Assembly: GCA_031267535.1 (NCBI GenBank)
Contig: JAIRYS010000002.1
Span: 4,326 to 68,325 of the forward strand
Length of the DNA: 64,000 bases
From: Holosporales bacterium
GTDB lineage: Bacteria; Pseudomonadota; Alphaproteobacteria; UBA3830; JAIRWN01
Direction: 5' to 3'
A program made the translations under genes and the position numbers. Shown one piece after another: positions 59,693-64,000 of the stretch (the stretch's first letter is position 1; each line of letters starts with the position of its first letter). Below the pieces are notes generated by a model. It had not been told where the DNA came from. It worked only from the letters and a program-made list of their open reading frames with translations, and did no database searches.

Positions 59693-60799
59693 TCATATAT
59701 TGAAGCGAAAGTGCATGATATCACCGTCTTTCAGGATATATTCCTTTCCTTCCAGACGAACTTTACCGGCGTTCTTAGATGGCAACTCGCCGCCAAGTGA
59801 TACATAATCATTGTAGGCAACAGTTTCGGCGCAGATAAACCCACGTTGAAAATCAGTGTGAATAACGCCGGCCGCTTCTGGCGCCTTGGCGCCGCGCTTT
59901 ATAGTCCATGCGCGCGATTCTTTCTCGCCAGCGGTAAAGAACGTGATTAAATCAAGCAGCTGGTACCCTTCGTGTATCATACGCGACAATCCGGCTTCAG
60001 TCAGGCCAATGGATGCAAGATATTCATGCTTTTCATTATCGTTGTCTAGAAGTGCAATCTCGGCTTCTATGGCTGCGGAAACGACAACGAGTCTGCTATT
60101 TTCTTTCTTGACCAGCTCTGCGACTTGTGCCGTAAACTTATTCCCAGATAAAATTTCGCCTTCTGAGACGTTACATACATAAAGCACAGGCTTGCTGGTC
60201 AATAACTGCAATTCCTTAAACAGTTTGATTTCTTCCAAATCATTTAAGGTAATTTTTCTGGCCGGGATTGATTTTGCCAGGCTATCGATTGCTCTGTCTA
60301 CTAAACTTAAAGTTAGGCCAATCTCTGGCCCCTTGTCTATACGGTGTTTTTTCTCTAAAGCAACCTTACGTTTTTGTAGACTGTCAAGGTCGGCGAGCAT
60401 TAGCTCTGTCTCGACTATCTCGGCGTCACGGATCGGATTGATTGAACCTTCCACGTGGGTGACGTCATCATCCTCAAAACACCGCAGAACATGAAGAATG
60501 GCGTCTACTTCCCGAATATGCCCCAGAAACTGATTGCCCAGCCCTTCGCCCTCGCTGGCTTTTTTGACCAGCCCCGCGATATCCACAATTTCCAGCTGAG
60601 CGTTAATTTTTTTTGCTGAATGAGCCAGCTCGGCCAACTTATCAAGACGCTGGTCAGGCACGTCAACTAGGCCAATATTTGGGTCAATCGTACAAAAAGG
60701 ATAGTTAGCTGCTTGGGCGGCTGCTGTTTGAGTAAGCGCATTAAACAACGTCGACTTGCCTACGTTAGGTAGACCAACAATCCCGCAGTTTAGTCCCAT
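59693..60799 (-). CDS. ychF: Ribosome-binding ATPase YchF
   Basis: GIVGLPNVGKST P-loop and C-terminal HTDFQRGFI. Confidence 0.95.
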   Translation of the reverse strand: MGLNCGIVGLPNVGKSTLFNALTQTAAAQAANYPFCTIDPNIGLVDVPDQRLDKLAELAHSAKKINAQLEIVDIAGLVKKASEGEGLGNQFLGHIREVDAILHVLRCFEDDDVTHVEGSINPIRDAEIVETELMLADLDSLQKRKVALEKKHRIDKGPEIGLTLSLVDRAIDSLAKSIPARKITLNDLEEIKLFKELQLLTSKPVLYVCNVSEGEILSGNKFTAQVAELVKKENSRLVVVSAAIEAEIALLDNDNEKHEYLASIGLTEAGLSRMIHEGYQLLDLITFFTAGEKESRAWTIKRGAKAPEAAGVIHTDFQRGFICAETVAYNDYVSLGGELPSKNAGKVRLEGKEYILKDGDIMHFRFNI

Positions 60800-60801
60800 A
60801 A

Positions 60802-61395
60802 TTATTTGGCCTCGGCGGCCGTTTCCTTGACAACGCTAACCAGCGCAGGACGCAGCAATCGGTCATGTATAATATAGCCAGTTTGGAACACTTCCGCTAT
60901 TTGCCCTGGTTTAATATTGGCATGTTCGACCTCGACCATAGCCTGGTGATGCGCTGCGTCAAAGGCGTCGCCAGGCGCAGCTTTTACCGGCTTAACGCCA
61001 TGGCGCTCAAGAACGGCCATAAGTTCTTTTTCGGTCATCTTTATTCCCTCAATCAGGGTTTTACCGCCGGCGTCTCCGGCTGCGGCAAGCGCTCTTGAGA
61101 AATTGTCCAACACCGGAAGAAGGTCGTGTGCAAACTGGTTTAAAGAATGTTTGATCAGATCTTCTTTTTCGCGTTGAAAACGCTTCTGCAGATTTTCATT
61201 TTCGGCCATGGCGCGCAGTAACGAATCCTTCAGTTTTGACTGTTCGTCCTGCGCCACCGCAACCTCTGCCGCTTGCTCAACCGTTGTTTGCGTCTTTGCA
61301 TCATCGACGCATGGTTCAGCCTTTGCTTCAAAAAAAGAATCGTCTGAATCTTTCTTAGCGCTTTCAGCATCGCTACTCGAGCGTTTTTCACTCAT
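60802..61395 (-). CDS. grpE: Nucleotide exchange factor GrpE
   Basis: Acidic N-terminus, coiled coil (ENENLQKRFQREKE) and C-terminal GYIIHDRLLRPALV. Confidence 0.92.
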   Translation of the reverse strand: MSEKRSSSDAESAKKDSDDSFFEAKAEPCVDDAKTQTTVEQAAEVAVAQDEQSKLKDSLLRAMAENENLQKRFQREKEDLIKHSLNQFAHDLLPVLDNFSRALAAAGDAGGKTLIEGIKMTEKELMAVLERHGVKPVKAAPGDAFDAAHHQAMVEVEHANIKPGQIAEVFQTGYIIHDRLLRPALVSVVKETAAEAK

Positions 61396-61414
61396 AATTG
61401 CCCTCTTATTTGCT

Positions 61415-62455
61415 CTAAAACATCTTTTCTACTATCCGAGCCGTAAAATCCACCAAAGGGATTATTCGACCATAATTTATACGCGAAGGACCGACAACGC
61501 CGACCGCGCCAATCATCTTTGACCCCGGCACGACGCATGGCGCGATTATAACCGAACAGCCAGATATATTAAAAAGCGAATTCTCTGATCCGATGAATAT
61601 CTGTACCCCTTCGGCGGCAACTACCAAATCCAGCAATTGCTTTATGGTTTCTCTGGTCTCAAGTGTGTTGAACAGTTGGCGCATTTGCTCCAGTTCGTCG
61701 GCCTTTTGCACATTGTTCAGAAGGTTAGACCGGCCCCGTACGATATAGCATTCGTTATTATAGCTTGTATGGGACTTCACCGCCAAGCCGCTTTCCAGCA
61801 CACGCATGGTTAGTTCGTTAAGGTGCTCTCTTTGTGCCTCTATGCCGTTTTGCACAAGCCATTGCACCTCAATCAGCGTACGATCGGTAATGATGTGGTT
61901 AAGGAAATTGCTTGCCTCGTTCAGTATTGAGGGGGTTATCTCAGCCGGCGTTTCTATAACTCTGTTCTCAACCAAACCGTCCGAAGTAACAATGACAATT
62001 AAAGCCCGCCTTGGCGCAAGGTAAACAAATTCAATATGTTTAAGATTTGAATCGCCTTTAGGGGCAATTACCAGACTGGCGCACTTGGTTAGTCCAGATA
62101 AACTGTGGGCAATTTCCTCTAGAATATCAGGAACCGACTTACCGATAATAAGCGTTTTATGTTCTATCGATTCTCTTTCGTCTATGGTTAGGTTGCCCAC
62201 TTCAAGCAACGCATGAACAAACATCTGCAGGCCCTCGTTGGTTGGGACTCTGCCAGCCGAGACATGAGGCGCGTACAACAATCCCGCTTCTTCCAGGTCC
62301 GACATAACGTTTCTTATGGTCGCTGGCGACAGAGTAATGCCAATACTCTCGGACAGTGTCTTGGACCCTACAGGCTCGCCAGTTTCGATATACATGTCGA
62401 CAAGACGCTTGAACACCTCTTGTGCGCGCTTATCTATATCAGACAGATAGATCAT
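61415..62455 (-). CDS. hrcA: Heat-inducible transcription repressor HrcA
   Basis: Winged-helix N-terminus GEPVGSKTLSE...SPATIRNVMSDLEEAGLL. Forms an hrcA-grpE operon. Confidence 0.92.
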   Translation of the reverse strand: MIYLSDIDKRAQEVFKRLVDMYIETGEPVGSKTLSESIGITLSPATIRNVMSDLEEAGLLYAPHVSAGRVPTNEGLQMFVHALLEVGNLTIDERESIEHKTLIIGKSVPDILEEIAHSLSGLTKCASLVIAPKGDSNLKHIEFVYLAPRRALIVIVTSDGLVENRVIETPAEITPSILNEASNFLNHIITDRTLIEVQWLVQNGIEAQREHLNELTMRVLESGLAVKSHTSYNNECYIVRGRSNLLNNVQKADELEQMRQLFNTLETRETIKQLLDLVVAAEGVQIFIGSENSLFNISGCSVIIAPCVVPGSKMIGAVGVVGPSRINYGRIIPLVDFTARIVEKMF

Positions 62456-62525
62456 AAAACTCGTGACTTTATAAGCAACGCAAGTATATATTCATCGTCG
62501 GCAAATATAAAGAGCAGGACAAAAC

Positions 62526-63245
62526 ATGGCCCGCAATAATCGAGGTGTGGCCGAGCTTAGGCCGATATCTTTCGAACCGAATGTAATGAAACATCCGGAA
62601 GGAAGTTGCCTTGTGAAGTTTGGCGACACCCATGTCATGTGTACCGCTTCGGTTGAAGAAAAAGTGCCTGTATTTCTAAGAAATAAGGGGCAGGGATGGA
62701 TCACAGCGGAATACTCTATGCTGCCCCGCGCGACAAATACCCGCACAGAAAGAGAGTCCGCCAAAGGGAGATTAACTGGTCGAACCCAAGAGATTCAAAG
62801 ACTGGTTGGCCGGGCGCTTAGGTCTGCGGTTAACCTTAAAAGCCTGGGCGAAAGGCAAATACATATAGATTGCGACGTTATCCAGGCCGACGGAGGAACC
62901 AGGACCGCTTCAATTTGCGGAGGCTATGTTGCTTTGGCTTTGGCGTGCAAGAAATTAATGGCCCAACATACCATTCGCCAACCGCCTTTGTTGGACAGCG
63001 TAGCGGCCGTCTCCTGCGGCATAGTAGGAAGCGTTGCTCTTGTGGATCTGGATTATGAAGAGGACAGCAACGCTTATGTAGACGCTAATTTTGTCATGAC
63101 TGGGGTCGGAAAGCTTATAGAAGTTCAAGCAACCGGCGAAGGCGGCGCTTTCACAAGCGATCAGATGAATAATCTGCTGCTAATGGCCTCAACGGGCATT
63201 AAAGAGATCACTCGCAAGCAAATCGAAGCGCTGTCGATGTTTTAA
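62526..63245 (+). CDS. rph: Ribonuclease PH
   Basis: GSCLVKFGDTHVMC, TAEYSMLPRAT and DCDVIQADGGTRTA. Confidence 0.95.
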   Translation: MARNNRGVAELRPISFEPNVMKHPEGSCLVKFGDTHVMCTASVEEKVPVFLRNKGQGWITAEYSMLPRATNTRTERESAKGRLTGRTQEIQRLVGRALRSAVNLKSLGERQIHIDCDVIQADGGTRTASICGGYVALALACKKLMAQHTIRQPPLLDSVAAVSCGIVGSVALVDLDYEEDSNAYVDANFVMTGVGKLIEVQATGEGGAFTSDQMNNLLLMASTGIKEITRKQIEALSMF

Positions 63246-63321
63246 AGTTTGACGACCGCGCTCAAGCCTACCAGGTGTGTTTTTTCGAGCTGCGCGTGTT
63301 TGATTGTCCGACTGCAATAAC

Positions 63322-63356
63322 AAAGAGCGAGCTTTTTCAGGGAAAAAGCTCGCTCT
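63322..63356. terminator. Bidirectional hairpin terminator candidate
   Basis: Perfect 16-nt arms AAGAGCGAGCTTTTTC / GAAAAAGCTCGCTCTT around AGG. It sits between convergent rph and the amidase gene. Confidence 0.6.
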
Positions 63357-63394
63357 TATGGCGATTAAAAGCTAGTTATTCAACTAACTTATAC

Positions 63395-64000
63395 TTACTC
63401 TGAAGACGCCTCCCCTCTTCTTACCAGGGCGTCTAACTTAACCATAACCTGAGGTAACTCAGGTTTACTGGAAATTAGAGCAGACCAGCTGGAACCAAAA
63501 CGCTCGCCCCCACATTGTAACTCATTCAGCTTGTATACATGCCACAAAAGCTGCAGTTTAAGCGGATCAGTCACGTCTGGTGACAGCTCATCCTGTAAAA
63601 AGTGGAATTTATACGCCCGAACGATATTAGGCCCGGATCCTTCATAACCAAGCGCCATGATAACACGTACGCTAGTTTCTTCTGTCATTACACGACAAGC
63701 TTCTGCCGCTACATAACGACCTTCCTCTATATCCGTCAGAGCTGAAGGAAAGAAACCAGGATGAAAACCAGCAGAGAATCTGGAATAAATGCCGAACCAG
63801 TCAAACATTGGACCGGGATCTATGGCTCCTCCTGGACGCAAATCAGACTGCCCTAACACATTACATCCGGGAATACCATACCTAGCCTGCAGCCCACATA
63901 TAAGCCCTGCAGCTGCATCAAGCTGCGCCGGGGGATAAACGTACCAAAAATTCGGATCTCCTGGTACTTGTTGTGGCACGCCAAAAACTTCGAACGCCTG
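63395..64000 (-). CDS. AmpD-like N-acetylmuramoyl-L-alanine amidase, C-terminal part plus an extra domain; the 5' end lies outside the window
   Basis: ...GQSDLRPGGAIDPGPMFDW resembles the amidase_2 end motif. The frame stays open to the window edge. Confidence 0.65.
   Translation of the reverse strand, partial: QAFEVFGVPQQVPGDPNFWYVYPPAQLDAAAGLICGLQARYGIPGCNVLGQSDLRPGGAIDPGPMFDWFGIYSRFSAGFHPGFFPSALTDIEEGRYVAAEACRVMTEETSVRVIMALGYEGSGPNIVRAYKFHFLQDELSPDVTDPLKLQLLWHVYKLNELQCGGERFGSSWSALISSKPELPQVMVKLDALVRRGEASSE

Overview
This is a gene-dense (roughly 90% coding) chromosomal segment. It looks like a reduced, host-associated alphaproteobacterium, Rickettsiales/Holosporales-like. That lineage call is inferred only from gene content: an ATP/ADP translocase (TLC family), a CckA-type hybrid kinase, CarD/CdnL, ThyX, rph/hrcA-grpE synteny, two GluRS paralogs and a BspA-type LRR gene. 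I support about 55 protein genes and one tRNA-Leu(GAG).

Most genes are housekeeping:
- Aminoacyl-tRNA synthetases: cysS, two gltX, glyQS-type GlyRS, metG, serS.
- DNA topology and replication: gyrA, gyrB, ssb.
- Secretion and stress: secA, hrcA, grpE, ychF, rph.
- Envelope and LPS: uppP-galU-ugd, asd-kdsB-kdsD-lptA-lptB, rlpA, LysM/M23, glycosyltransferases.
- PHB/ketone-body related: phaC-like, phaB, bdhA, enoyl-CoA hydratase.

I saw no rRNA, CRISPR array, transposase, integrase or phage genes, and I did not find a clear multi-gene novel system.

The unusual signals are local:
1. A 15-nt poly(G) tract frameshifts a lipoprotein-type DUF4015/GH-like hydrolase gene, a candidate phase-variable switch.
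2. An orphan ParB/Srx-like domain is fused to a class I SAM methyltransferase directly after lptB.
3. A PhaC-like protein has non-canonical residues where I place the catalytic Cys and His.
4. A 3-hydroxybutyrate dehydrogenase carries a signal-peptide-like N-terminal extension.
5. A BspA-type LRR lipoprotein gene is inactivated by one frameshift and two nonsense codons but keeps its promoter and RBS.
6. A G10/C6 hairpin-forming homopolymer pair sits just upstream of gyrB.
7. Several further decayed genes are present: an in-frame TGA, and an ABC substrate-binding-protein remnant behind a near-consensus promoter.

All functional calls rest on motifs I recognise by eye. No database search, HMM or RNA-folding computation was run.
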